Source: a virus. From it: 64,000 nucleotides of DNA. The stretch's first letter is position 1, and every line of letters begins with the position of its first letter. The stretch covers positions 20,207-84,206 of the IMG/VR virus record IMGVR_UViG_3300007960_000014. One strand, given 5' to 3'. Under the pieces are notes generated by a model. The model was not told the origin of the DNA. It ran no database searches and worked only from the letters and a program-made list of their open reading frames with translations. Positions 1 to 9,133 of the stretch are shown here, piece by piece. A program made the translations under genes and the position numbers.

Positions 1-7
1 AACCCCA

Positions 8-982
8 TTAGTAAGTCTCTAGCTCCGTGGGGAAAAATTCTTTAACCAAATCCATCAAGCCATGAGGTAAGTTCTCGTCAATCAAGGAGTGCATCATCTG
101 AGTATCCTCAATGTTGGCAAAATCAGAGATACCTAGATTCATCAAAAACTTCAAATCAAACTTGCAGTTATGGAAAATCTTTGCCTGATTTTTATTAGCA
201 CATACCTCCTTAAGCCTAGAAATCATCTCATTCAATTCCGTGCCAACAAAGGGGGAATCCTTATGATGGACAGGAAGAATAAACGTAGCAGAGTCTGAGG
301 CAATACCAATGGTCTGTACTTTATCCTTCTTATAATCAAGCCCTGTCGTTTCTATATCAACTGCAAGCTCGGTATCGTTCTTAATCAAATCGAACTGCTC
401 ATGAATACTATCAACGGTATCACATAGAACGAAATCAAGCTTAGAAAGCTTATTGTTTCCTAGTACAAACTTATCATAAGCATTGTTTACATCTTGGATA
501 AACAAAGTTCTTAGTTTGGGCTCTAGGTACAAAGACATTGGGTGGAGAGTTGGAACCACAGCGATTGGCTCCTTGCCCTCTTGCACAAAAGGAAACTCTT
601 TCCCCCTCTTGTTTGTAACCCCGGACTTCTTTATGACGGCTTTCATTGCCATATTGCCTAGAGGGATAATCAAGGTAGGGGAAATAGCATCTAAGTCTTC
701 GTACAAGTACTCCCTGTGCTTGGTAAGCATGGCAGTATCCACATCTGATTCTCTAAAGCCATACGATTTAATCGCCGCAACAAACTGGTAGGAATTGTTG
801 GGGAGCTTGGTCTGCTCTAAAAGATGTGAAAGAACACCGAACTCTTCGTCAGTGAACTCATATGTTACTCCATTTTCTCTATGAAAAGAATCATGAACAA
901 AGACAATTTTAGCGTCTGTCACCTCTTCTCGGTGAAATTGTTCATCATTCATAAAAGAATTTAGTAAAGAATCAGAAATCAT
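8..982 (-). CDS. Degenerate uracil-DNA-glycosylase-like domain fused to a DEDD 3'-5' exonuclease domain; N-terminal part of a split family A-type phage DNA polymerase
   Basis: N-half has family-4 UDG-like motifs LIIPLGNMA and PTLHPMSL. C-half has ExoI AVDIETTGL, ExoII FHNCKFDLKFL and EDTQMMHSLIDE. The ORF stops before any polymerase domain, and the next ATG overlaps the stop (TAATG at 10..6). Confidence 0.75.
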   Translation of the reverse strand: MISDSLLNSFMNDEQFHREEVTDAKIVFVHDSFHRENGVTYEFTDEEFGVLSHLLEQTKLPNNSYQFVAAIKSYGFRESDVDTAMLTKHREYLYEDLDAISPTLIIPLGNMAMKAVIKKSGVTNKRGKEFPFVQEGKEPIAVVPTLHPMSLYLEPKLRTLFIQDVNNAYDKFVLGNNKLSKLDFVLCDTVDSIHEQFDLIKNDTELAVDIETTGLDYKKDKVQTIGIASDSATFILPVHHKDSPFVGTELNEMISRLKEVCANKNQAKIFHNCKFDLKFLMNLGISDFANIEDTQMMHSLIDENLPHGLMDLVKEFFPTELETY

Positions 983-998
983 AACCTATTATAGACAC

Positions 999-1400
999 AT
1001 GGAAAGCTTAAAGAAAAATTATATTGATAATAAGCATTTTGAAAAAACTATAAGACTCTATCTTGAGGATAATGATACCTACGAAGAGGAAGTTGTTCGT
1101 TTATTCGACCTGCTTATTACCAATATATTATTATCTTTTAAATTTAAGATTGAATTTGATGACGCGAAACAAGAGTGTTTTTGTTTAGTCCTCAAAACAT
1201 TAAAGAACTTTTCTCCTGAAAAAGGTTCAGCCTTTAATTATTTTACTACCGTCATCTTGAACAATCTAAAGCTTCTCTATACAAAAAGAAAGAAGTATAT
1301 TGATAAGGTACACGAGTACCGAAAGATTATGGGTGATTTTGGGGTTCAGTCTCAGACTGAAAAAACTGATACAGATTTGAATACTCCACCTGGACGCTAA
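999..1400 (+). CDS. gp55: Late-transcription sigma factor, T4 gp55-like
   Basis: NYIDNKHF and LKNFSPEKGSAFNYFTTVI match the gp55 pattern Y-V/I-x-N-K ... NFDPEKS-N-P-F-A-Y-F-T. Small size, and a matching late-promoter motif is repeated through the window. Confidence 0.8.
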   Translation: MESLKKNYIDNKHFEKTIRLYLEDNDTYEEEVVRLFDLLITNILLSFKFKIEFDDAKQECFCLVLKTLKNFSPEKGSAFNYFTTVILNNLKLLYTKRKKYIDKVHEYRKIMGDFGVQSQTEKTDTDLNTPPGR

Positions 1401-1659
1401 CCCTACCATTCTTTGTCGTCAGTAACGACGGCACTGAAGTGATGGAAAAGCTGGAGAAACATTCAGGAGTATCCCAACTGTTAATCAGATAGAGGGTTTC
1501 GTCCCCTTCCTGCTGCGCCCACTGTTCAGCCATTTCCAGGATTTTAGCGCACCTCTTATCCCACAGAGAGTGGTACAAGACCAGGATATCTGTCTCGCTC
1601 TTAGACTTAAGAGCTTCGTTTACTTCACTATCCGTTGTTAGTTTCTTTAGCGTTCTCAT
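1327..1659 (-). CDS. Thioredoxin-fold protein without a complete CxxC
   Basis: LVLYHSLWDKRC at the WCxxC position and ITSVPSLL at the cis-Pro motif. Start moved to the ATG at 1659 (MRTLKKL). Confidence 0.55.
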   Translation of the reverse strand: MRTLKKLTTDSEVNEALKSKSETDILVLYHSLWDKRCAKILEMAEQWAQQEGDETLYLINSWDTPECFSSFSITSVPSLLTTKNGRVSVQVEYSNLYQFFQSETEPQNHP

Positions 1660-1957
1660 CGGACTTCTCGGACTTCTCGTATTCAGCCATGATTTTTGCT
1701 TTTTCTTCTTCTGGCATGTTGCTAATCTTTTCATTCAGCTCTTCCATGGTGGCGGAAATGCCTTTGAAAAATAAGATTTTAGCAAGGTCGTCATCAGACA
1801 TACCAGCAGCCAAAGCGTTCTTTACGTTTTTCCACCCGGTAGTCTCTTCCTGAGTAAGTTTAATGTATAATTTCATCCTTCGTGTTGAATATTTAATTTT
1901 AAAGTTGTAATTGTTAGGGTTCAAAGACCCCAGAGTAATTTTTTCAGATTTTACCAT
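1628..1957 (-). CDS. Hypothetical protein, possibly ribbon-helix-helix DNA-binding
   Basis: 109-aa ORF. RRMKLYIKL strand followed by two helices. TATAAT lies upstream on the same strand. Confidence 0.45.
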   Translation of the reverse strand: MVKSEKITLGSLNPNNYNFKIKYSTRRMKLYIKLTQEETTGWKNVKNALAAGMSDDDLAKILFFKGISATMEELNEKISNMPEEEKAKIMAEYEKSEKSDENAKETNNG

Positions 1958-1977
1958 TTTAGTTACTATTATATTAA

Positions 1978-2484
1978 ATGGGAAAAAAGATTGAAGACAT
2001 TCTATCCCACGGCGAATTCAAACAAAAAAAGAGAATTAATAGCCGTAGAAAAGGAAATGCATTTGAAAGAAAAATCTCTACATTGTTAAACGAGAGATTT
2101 GAGACAAACGAGTTTTGCCGTTCTCCAGGTTCAGGAGCATTTGCAACAACTCATAAGTTACCTCAACACATTAAAGTCCACGGGGACTTAATTACACCAG
2201 AAAAATTTAAATTTGTTATTGAGTGTAAATCAGGGTACACGGTTGAGCTTGACGATTTGTTCAAACCTAAATCAGATTTTTGGGCATTTATCGACCAAGC
2301 TAAGAGAGATGCAAAAGCAGCCAATAAGGATTGGTTGATGGTGTACCAAAAAACTAGAAGAAAGGCAGTCGTGGTTTCTAATGTTAAATACGCTCTAAAG
2401 CATGTAGAGTTATTTGGAGACTGCTACATGTATAGCTTCGATGAGTTCATTAAGCTTCCTGTAAATTTTTTCTTCTCCGACTGA
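1978..2484 (+). CDS. Holliday junction resolvase (Hjc-like PD-(D/E)XK nuclease)
   Basis: NSRRKGNAFER, RSPGSGA, GDLI...IECK motif order typical of Hjc-type resolvases. Confidence 0.8.
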   Translation: MGKKIEDILSHGEFKQKKRINSRRKGNAFERKISTLLNERFETNEFCRSPGSGAFATTHKLPQHIKVHGDLITPEKFKFVIECKSGYTVELDDLFKPKSDFWAFIDQAKRDAKAANKDWLMVYQKTRRKAVVVSNVKYALKHVELFGDCYMYSFDEFIKLPVNFFFSD

Positions 2485-4884
2485 ATTAGTATTCTCTGAG
2501 ATTGCTGTTGCAAGTATATCAAAGAGTTTAGGTTTAATCTTTGCTTCCATCTTAGGATAGAACACTCCTCCACCCCGAGAAGTTTTTCCTCTTAGGTCAG
2601 TGGAGAACACAACCTCGTTACCTATAGTCCAAGTATAACCTCCAGATGGGGTTCTCGTAGGCTTAGCTTTGCTTAAAACATATTTGGCTACTTGATGGTT
2701 GCCAGCGAAGCGTATCTCCCCTCTCATAGCTTTCATCATAGCGTCATCCTCTTCGGTGACGAAGGAGCTAATCAAATCATTCATTGCAAAACCTTCGTTT
2801 AGAGAAGGGTCTTGCTCTGCTTTCAACTGCCTCAGGCGACGAATAAAATTAATTCTAGCATTACCAATGGCAGTATTATCCTTGCTAGCTATGGCGGTAT
2901 CGATTTCTTGTTGCCACTCACTAAGCATTCGTAGAGTATCCACATCCCCATCAGCCACGTCTCCTAACAAAACGGAGAATGTAGCTTTAATTGAAGAGCG
3001 AGCTCTAGCATCAGAGCCAAACATAGCCTCTGCTGAACGAGCAATAACAGCATCTACTTCCATAGCCTTCTCTGCTACATTACGCTGTGAGGGCTTTAAG
3101 AATTTCTTCCTGGTAGATGTAAACTCTGCTGCTTCCTCACACTTCTGCCTTTGTGCTGCAGTAGATAAAGTTTCGCAGGGGGTGTTGTGGTAAGCATATG
3201 CAGGAGTATAGTAAGAGCTGCCTGATGGAGTATCTTTATCAAACCCGCTTTGAGATTTTAGTGATACACCTACGCCGCCACCCCCGGTAGTGTCAACCGT
3301 TACCTGTCCTGCTCCCAAATCACTAAGGGCTTGAGCGAACTTTTGTGCATCGTTTACACTAGCAAACTCTACCATAAAATCTGCTTTAGTTGTGGCTGTA
3401 GAAACCTTACCTCTTGAAGTAACTCCAGTAGGGGATACCCCTGCATTTTTCGCTACCCGAGCTAAGAAATATGATTCTTTAATGGTGTCTTTTATATAAT
3501 CGACAGCAGCTTTGTTACAATTGTCGGTGTCTATGTCTTTTAGTAGAGATTCAGAAGCGACTCTAGCATCCTCATGCTCAAACGTCATGCCTAAGTTGCC
3601 ATCAGTAACAACAAAGTTCTGTATTTGCTCTCCCAAATCGCAGACATCCTTGATAGCTTGAGCAAATGCTTCCATGGCTTCGACAGTGGTAGCCACAGAT
3701 TCGGTGCCGAAAAAAGTATTTAAAGTTCCAATCATCAAATCTTCTTTCTTAGTTCCTAAAACTTGATAGATGTTACCTGCCCCACCACCAACACTAGAGT
3801 TAAAGATAGCGGGTCGGGTATCCCCCGTAGCGCTCCTCACTTCTATGCCTTTAAATTGAGAACAAATATCTTGAGTGTAGCTACCCATAGACATGCCATA
3901 CATCTCTTGCCCTGCGTATTGAGGGGAAGAAGCCATACCCTCTAAATAGGCTGCGAAGTTAGGGGCTACTCTCTTAACCGAGTCCATGGCTTGTCTTCTT
4001 CCAAACCAAGAACCCGCATTGGTTTTAGGGTTACGGCAAACAAAAGAATCTAAGAGTTTTCTTTCCCTGGGAGTTAAATCAGAATCATCAATGTAAGAGC
4101 CCTCTTTGATTTTTTTTGCTACGCCTATCAAATCCACATGCGCATTAAAAATTTCTTTTTGTACTTCTGGAGCTACCCACGGAGTATCCCCACCACGTAG
4201 AGACCTTTTGAACTTCATCAACTTGGTGTTGGCACCTGTAGGAGCTAATGTGATTCTATCGAATAAATCCTGAGCATCTATACCAGGAATAACACCATCC
4301 ATCTTTTGCGCGGCTTTCTCTATCTCTCCTGGCTGAGCTTCATAAGGAACGTAGTCTGCTGTTTGGTCAATTTCTTGTCCTGTGTTTGTGTCGAATACAG
4401 TTCCGTCGCTTTCTGTTTCGGGTGCCTGTTCCCCTCCAGGCTCAGCCTTTAAATTTGCTTGAGCTCCTTCATCATCCGCAATATCACCTTGCAAATACTC
4501 TATAGCTCCCGCTAGAGTTTTACTGTTGATTCCTGTATGTCCCCCGCCAACACTAAGAGTGTATCTTGTTCCTTTTTGTGTGCGGAACTCCACCTTAGGT
4601 AATGAGCCAGCTTTTTGCGAAGGAATATACATGGGGTCGTAAGTCCCCCCAGTTCCTCTCATCTGTTCGGGAGGCACTTGTAATTTTTGTAGAAGGTCTG
4701 CTTTAATTTGATTCTTTTGTGCGTCGGGTAATTTTGCCGTACCCCCCATCATGGAATTATATCTTCTACTTAGCTCTTGACGACCTTTATCTTTAGTAGA
4801 GGCATCTTCCTGTTCCGTAAGAGAATATTTTCTCTTACGGATGGCTTCATAAGATTCCATTAGTTGGTCGAAGATAGATTCCAT
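2410..4884 (-). CDS. Large hypothetical protein, probably head-internal, with a possible PD-(D/E)XK-like motif
   Basis: 824-aa ORF downstream of the tail tube gene. N-terminal LME/LTE protease-type sites and an internal KADF...VSLK motif. Confidence 0.5.
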   Translation of the reverse strand: MESIFDQLMESYEAIRKRKYSLTEQEDASTKDKGRQELSRRYNSMMGGTAKLPDAQKNQIKADLLQKLQVPPEQMRGTGGTYDPMYIPSQKAGSLPKVEFRTQKGTRYTLSVGGGHTGINSKTLAGAIEYLQGDIADDEGAQANLKAEPGGEQAPETESDGTVFDTNTGQEIDQTADYVPYEAQPGEIEKAAQKMDGVIPGIDAQDLFDRITLAPTGANTKLMKFKRSLRGGDTPWVAPEVQKEIFNAHVDLIGVAKKIKEGSYIDDSDLTPRERKLLDSFVCRNPKTNAGSWFGRRQAMDSVKRVAPNFAAYLEGMASSPQYAGQEMYGMSMGSYTQDICSQFKGIEVRSATGDTRPAIFNSSVGGGAGNIYQVLGTKKEDLMIGTLNTFFGTESVATTVEAMEAFAQAIKDVCDLGEQIQNFVVTDGNLGMTFEHEDARVASESLLKDIDTDNCNKAAVDYIKDTIKESYFLARVAKNAGVSPTGVTSRGKVSTATTKADFMVEFASVNDAQKFAQALSDLGAGQVTVDTTGGGGVGVSLKSQSGFDKDTPSGSSYYTPAYAYHNTPCETLSTAAQRQKCEEAAEFTSTRKKFLKPSQRNVAEKAMEVDAVIARSAEAMFGSDARARSSIKATFSVLLGDVADGDVDTLRMLSEWQQEIDTAIASKDNTAIGNARINFIRRLRQLKAEQDPSLNEGFAMNDLISSFVTEEDDAMMKAMRGEIRFAGNHQVAKYVLSKAKPTRTPSGGYTWTIGNEVVFSTDLRGKTSRGGGVFYPKMEAKIKPKLFDILATAISENTNSVGEEKIYRKLNELIEAIHVAVSK

Positions 4885-4892
4885 GTCAATAT

Positions 4893-4926
4893 AAAAGGCT
4901 CCCCACCATTAGATAGGAAGCCTTTT
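4893..4926 (-). terminator. Intrinsic terminator after the tail tube gene, possibly bidirectional
   Basis: Minus strand AAAAGGCTTCCT-loop-GGGGAGCCTTTT. GC stem with G-U pairs and T-tracts on both sides. Confidence 0.7.
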
Positions 4927-4945
4927 TGGGAACTTTAATTATTTA

Positions 4946-5611
4946 TTAGCCAAGCCCGGGAATGAGGCTTCCTAAAAAGTTTTCAAAGGCGCTATCAGTG
5001 GTTTTATATTGTACAATCATATCGTACTTGATTTCGCAATCAATAGTTGCAAAATCATTCGTGCCATAAGAAAGTTCGCCAATAGACCATTTGATTGGGA
5101 ACGCGCCATAAAGCTTAGCTACCAGTTTTGGATTGCGCTGGTTATCTAATTGAATAACTTCTATCGTTCTCTTGAATTGGTCGCCTGCGATGACAGGGTT
5201 CGAGTGGGTACCAAAGATTGGGTCATAAGTTGTTCTCATCCACGCATATAGTAACTTAGCAGTATCTCCTTTAATCATATTATCAAAGGAAATGGTAGCC
5301 GTTTGCGTAGAAGGTCGTCCAGGATAGTAAAATCTATCGTTAACTTTGTTAACGTCGATAGTTTCTACGTTATAGGAAAGACCAGTTACACGGCGAGCTG
5401 CTAACGTTAAGGTATCGTTGGTGTCAGTAAAATTAAAGAAGTTATCTACTGTACCAAGAATACCAGCTATATTAGGGATTCTAACAATCCACCCATACGC
5501 CCGAAAAGAATCGTACATATGTGTGAGTTTGTGACCTTCGGTGATGTCGATATCAAGTTCACGGGAGCTTTGCCTCCAAAACTCGTCTACTGCTTCTACG
5601 TTAAATGCCAT
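4946..5611 (-). CDS. gp19: Tail tube protein
   Basis: Directly downstream of the sheath. YYPGRP, LYAWM, FKRTIEVIQLD and LYGAFPIKWSIGELSY are typical gp19-family motifs. AGGAG RBS. Confidence 0.85.
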   Translation of the reverse strand: MAFNVEAVDEFWRQSSRELDIDITEGHKLTHMYDSFRAYGWIVRIPNIAGILGTVDNFFNFTDTNDTLTLAARRVTGLSYNVETIDVNKVNDRFYYPGRPSTQTATISFDNMIKGDTAKLLYAWMRTTYDPIFGTHSNPVIAGDQFKRTIEVIQLDNQRNPKLVAKLYGAFPIKWSIGELSYGTNDFATIDCEIKYDMIVQYKTTDSAFENFLGSLIPGLG

Positions 5612-5625
5612 TGTTTAATCTCCTG

Positions 5626-5635
5626 TATTATATAG
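5626..5635 (-). promoter_or_regulatory. Late promoter motif CTATATAATA followed by an AGGAG RBS (tail tube)
   Basis: Minus strand CCTATATAATACAGGAGATTAAACAATG. One of about 15 copies upstream of late genes. Confidence 0.65.
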
Positions 5636-5639
5636 GGTC

Positions 5640-8060
5640 CTAGCTAGCGCTTGCCACTCCTCCAGTCTGGCTAGTTACGTTGATTTCGAATACGACAATT
5701 TCTGCAGTTTTCGTAGGCTGTACGATTACCTTACACCAGAGTTCGTTTCTATCGATTCTAGCTGGAGTATTTACTGTCTCATCGCAGATTACCTTAAAGG
5801 CGTCTAAGCCTCTACGGTCTTTAATGTCTTGCAAGAGTGGTTGCAGAACATCAACAATTTGTTGTCTAGTGATTGCATCATTAGGTTCGAACACAAAGCG
5901 TCTAGTACCAGCTAGGATTTGTTTCCTAATTTGAATCATTAGTCGTCTTACGTTAATTCTATCCAGGGCGGTAGAGGCTCTTTGAGCAGTTCTTTGCCCG
6001 AAGATTACTAAACCGTCCTGAGGGAAGCTTACAATTGGGTTGATTACGTTGCCTCCAGCGTATAGAGTATCTCTGTCGCCTTGGTTAAGAGTAACTTCAG
6101 CTTCAGTAGGCTTGGTTAGTCTGCCTCTTCTCAAACCAGCAGGAGCAAACCATGGGTCTGCAACTTCATCTGTGAATGCCATCTGTCTGACAGCAAACAC
6201 ACCTGGGTCTAGATACTGGTCGGTAGCAGTGAAGACATTGAAAGTCTTTAGCCATGACCAATAAATAGCAGCGTAAGAGGAGTTAAGTGGAGAAGTTCTT
6301 CCATCACCTTTTCCGTTATGCCAGTTGATGGCTTCTTGTGCAGTTTTCAATCCTTGTGGGGGAGATAGTACAGCTAAGAAGTTTTGAGTTTGCTCAGCAA
6401 CTGTTACTAAGTTATTTTGAACTGATTGCGTAGTAATACCTGGAACTAGGCACAGAGATAGGTTTAAGGTATCATCTCTGAAAGCCTGCATACCGCTTCT
6501 GTTTACTTGGTTTCCAATCAGCGCTTGAGTTACATTAGTATTAGTTAGGCTGTTGTTGTAGCTACCTGCGTCACCATTTACCCCGCTAACAAAGTCGTAG
6601 TTTCCTGCGAGTACTTTAGGGAAGGTTAGTGTTTGTGCACCGTTAGCGTTGTTAAGAGCTAATGAAGCTGCGTAACTAATGCCTTGTTGGGCGTTACCAC
6701 TAACACCATTTTGTGCAGCTGCCGTGAACGTTCCACTGTACGTAGTAGGTCTGGTAGTTGTAGCCGCTCCTGCATAGAAGTTGTTAGAGTCTACGTAAGC
6801 AAATCTAGCGTAGTACAAGTCTGACGTTTCGTTATTGCCATAAGTATTGGTATTAAGCACATCCATAACATCGTAAAGAGTGCTGTTCGGGTCATTAACA
6901 AAATCTACAATATTGCTCTCAGCGGTAGCGCCGTCACTTTGCATATCAAAGACGGTATCCTTGCCTCTCTTGGCAGTAACCGCAGCTCGCAAGCCATAGG
7001 TAGTGACTCCAGTGCCTGTATTAGTAGAAGAGTAGTTATACCCTAAGCCTGGATGTAGTGATTGTAGGTTAATCGTACCACCCGTTGCCGAGGTAGGAGC
7101 TATGGTATTACCTAGAGAGTATACGCCAGAGCCGACCCAGCCTGATGCGTCTGCATCAGTGGGAAGTCCCGATAGTCCACCTTCGGCAAATCTCCAACTG
7201 TGCTGAACGTCTCCCATGGCAGTATAATCAACACCAGGAGTTCCAAACAGTCTCAGACCCCCCGCAGGACCAGCCATAGAGCTAGGAGCTCCGAAAGGCT
7301 TATCGTCGTTGTCTAAGAAGCCAGCGTTACTTCGTAAATCACTTACAGAAGGTTGAGCTACAGTTCCTCCAGGTCCTTGTAGAGATACATCTCCACCACC
7401 AGCGACCTGACCAGTAGAGCCTAAAGCGCTAAAGTGGCTTGCAGTACTGGCAAAACCGCGAACTTTCATGTAAGCACCTGCGCCAGCGAACTTAGAAACG
7501 AAAGCGCCAACGTGTCCTTCATCGCCGCTAACGAAAGTAAACGGAGCAGATTCATCTAGGTACGTGGCTACAGTTTCGTTAATAGTATTAATAACTTGGT
7601 CTTGGTCAGTAGAGCTTGGCACACCGACAACGTAAGGGTTATCAGGGCTTACTTGAACTCCATCTTGGTTCCAAACATCAATGAGGAAAGCGTAAGAAAC
7701 TCCAACACCAGCCGATTCGTTAAGACCACTTAGGGAGGAAACCCAGACAGCAGGCTGAGTACCAGCCGATACGTTTACGCTAGCAGCACTTTGTGTTTGA
7801 GCTGCTGCACGAACGAAGTAAACTGAGTTTGTTCTCTCCAGAATTTGGTAAGCACCCCACAGACCCTGACCGCCAACAACAGTTCTTGGGTCACCAAAAG
7901 TGTTGATTAACTGCTCTGCATTAGATACTAAGATTGCCTTATCTACGGGACCTTTAGACCCAAAGCCGAGAACCCCAACAACACTGCTGTTGAGGGAAGG
8001 GATGTAATCAGAAAAATCTTTTTCTATTACATAATTTCCGGGACTTACGAAACTTGCCAT
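5640..8060 (-). CDS. gp18: Tail sheath protein
   Basis: N-terminal FVSPGNYVIEKDFS. C-terminal PWFAPAGLRRG, INPI, FGQRT, DRINVRRL, FEPND, CDETVNTP and PTKTAE. Confidence 0.95.
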   Translation of the reverse strand: MASFVSPGNYVIEKDFSDYIPSLNSSVVGVLGFGSKGPVDKAILVSNAEQLINTFGDPRTVVGGQGLWGAYQILERTNSVYFVRAAAQTQSAASVNVSAGTQPAVWVSSLSGLNESAGVGVSYAFLIDVWNQDGVQVSPDNPYVVGVPSSTDQDQVINTINETVATYLDESAPFTFVSGDEGHVGAFVSKFAGAGAYMKVRGFASTASHFSALGSTGQVAGGGDVSLQGPGGTVAQPSVSDLRSNAGFLDNDDKPFGAPSSMAGPAGGLRLFGTPGVDYTAMGDVQHSWRFAEGGLSGLPTDADASGWVGSGVYSLGNTIAPTSATGGTINLQSLHPGLGYNYSSTNTGTGVTTYGLRAAVTAKRGKDTVFDMQSDGATAESNIVDFVNDPNSTLYDVMDVLNTNTYGNNETSDLYYARFAYVDSNNFYAGAATTTRPTTYSGTFTAAAQNGVSGNAQQGISYAASLALNNANGAQTLTFPKVLAGNYDFVSGVNGDAGSYNNSLTNTNVTQALIGNQVNRSGMQAFRDDTLNLSLCLVPGITTQSVQNNLVTVAEQTQNFLAVLSPPQGLKTAQEAINWHNGKGDGRTSPLNSSYAAIYWSWLKTFNVFTATDQYLDPGVFAVRQMAFTDEVADPWFAPAGLRRGRLTKPTEAEVTLNQGDRDTLYAGGNVINPIVSFPQDGLVIFGQRTAQRASTALDRINVRRLMIQIRKQILAGTRRFVFEPNDAITRQQIVDVLQPLLQDIKDRRGLDAFKVICDETVNTPARIDRNELWCKVIVQPTKTAEIVVFEINVTSQTGGVASAS

Positions 8061-8070
8061 TTATATTCTC

Positions 8071-8313
8071 CTAGTTTTCATTTGTTACTTCAATTAACCT
8101 ATTCTGAAGATGTGAATTTGCGGTGGAAGAAAGAGTAACCCTGGGAACTGAAATAGCGTCACCCGGATTTAGCCAGAAATGTTGCCACTCACCTTTAATC
8201 ATCAGAATAAGTTCTAGTCCACTACCGCAAACATTAGCGACTCGCATAGTTTTAGGCGTAACAACGGGAGTAGTTTTGGGAGTTGATTTTTTAGTTGTGG
8301 TTTTTTTAGCCAT
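8071..8313 (-). CDS. Small hypothetical late protein upstream of the sheath
   Basis: 80-aa ORF preceded by a late-promoter motif. Its end contains the sheath RBS. Confidence 0.6.
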   Translation of the reverse strand: MAKKTTTKKSTPKTTPVVTPKTMRVANVCGSGLELILMIKGEWQHFWLNPGDAISVPRVTLSSTANSHLQNRLIEVTNEN

Positions 8314-8326
8314 TCTCTTCTCTATG

Positions 8327-8336
8327 TATTATTTAG
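8327..8336 (-). promoter_or_regulatory. Late promoter motif CTAAATAATA
   Basis: Intergenic, 13 nt upstream of the ATG at 8313. Confidence 0.6.
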
Positions 8337-8365
8337 AAGTTTCCGACGAGATAATGGTAAACTTT

Positions 8366-9133
8366 TTATGTAAGTTCTGTAGGAACAACCAAACTCTTAA
8401 TCTTCCCGTTAGTTGCAAGGAGATATTTGTGCTGTGGAAGGTATCCCTCCACGTTAACGGTAAAAGCTTTTTGAACTATTCTATCCTGTCTATCCCCTAC
8501 ACTCAAAGTTGATTGGTCTGTAGAGTACGCAATGAATGCTGGAGTGCCCTTTCCGAAAGAAGTGGTAACTGGCATGGAGGGTCTGAAGCTGTCCTCCAGC
8601 TGCTCGGAGAGTTGGTTTAAATCTTCGATGTACTTTGCCCACAAGTTTATCCTATACATCAGGTTCAGGGCTTTAGGAGCTAAGGAAACTACTCTCTGAG
8701 CCCTTCTAGTCTCAACGTCAAACTTTCTTTCCATAACAACATTAAAATCAGGCTTTCTTCTGTTTACATCTTCCTGGGTGTTGATAATAGAGACGGAAAC
8801 TAGAGGTAATTTAAAAGTTCTTGTTTCAGATAGTTTAGCAACAGCTCTCTCTTGGTTGGCAAAGATAACCTCAATATCTTCTATAGCTCTCCCCTGCGTA
8901 TCTACGATACTAAACCCTCTAAGATTATCCATCAGGGACTGAGTATACTCCCGATAAAAATTTACTCTGTTATTATTTTTCCTATCCAGCTCTTGAAGCT
9001 CATCGTACAAGTCGTTGTATAGTTTTGCACTAGAGTTAACAAAACCCGAGGCACTATTAATAACTAGTATCTCCTGGTCAACAGGAGGATTAGGAGGAGT
9101 TAAGTTTCCAGATAAGGTAGTTTTAGTAACCAT
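8366..9133 (-). CDS. gp15: Tail terminator / sheath stabiliser, gp15-like
   Basis: Follows gp13. IFANQER, KLPLVSV, LMYRINLWAKYIEDLNQLSEQL and FTVNVEGYLP fit the gp15 family. Confidence 0.65.
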   Translation of the reverse strand: MVTKTTLSGNLTPPNPPVDQEILVINSASGFVNSSAKLYNDLYDELQELDRKNNNRVNFYREYTQSLMDNLRGFSIVDTQGRAIEDIEVIFANQERAVAKLSETRTFKLPLVSVSIINTQEDVNRRKPDFNVVMERKFDVETRRAQRVVSLAPKALNLMYRINLWAKYIEDLNQLSEQLEDSFRPSMPVTTSFGKGTPAFIAYSTDQSTLSVGDRQDRIVQKAFTVNVEGYLPQHKYLLATNGKIKSLVVPTELT

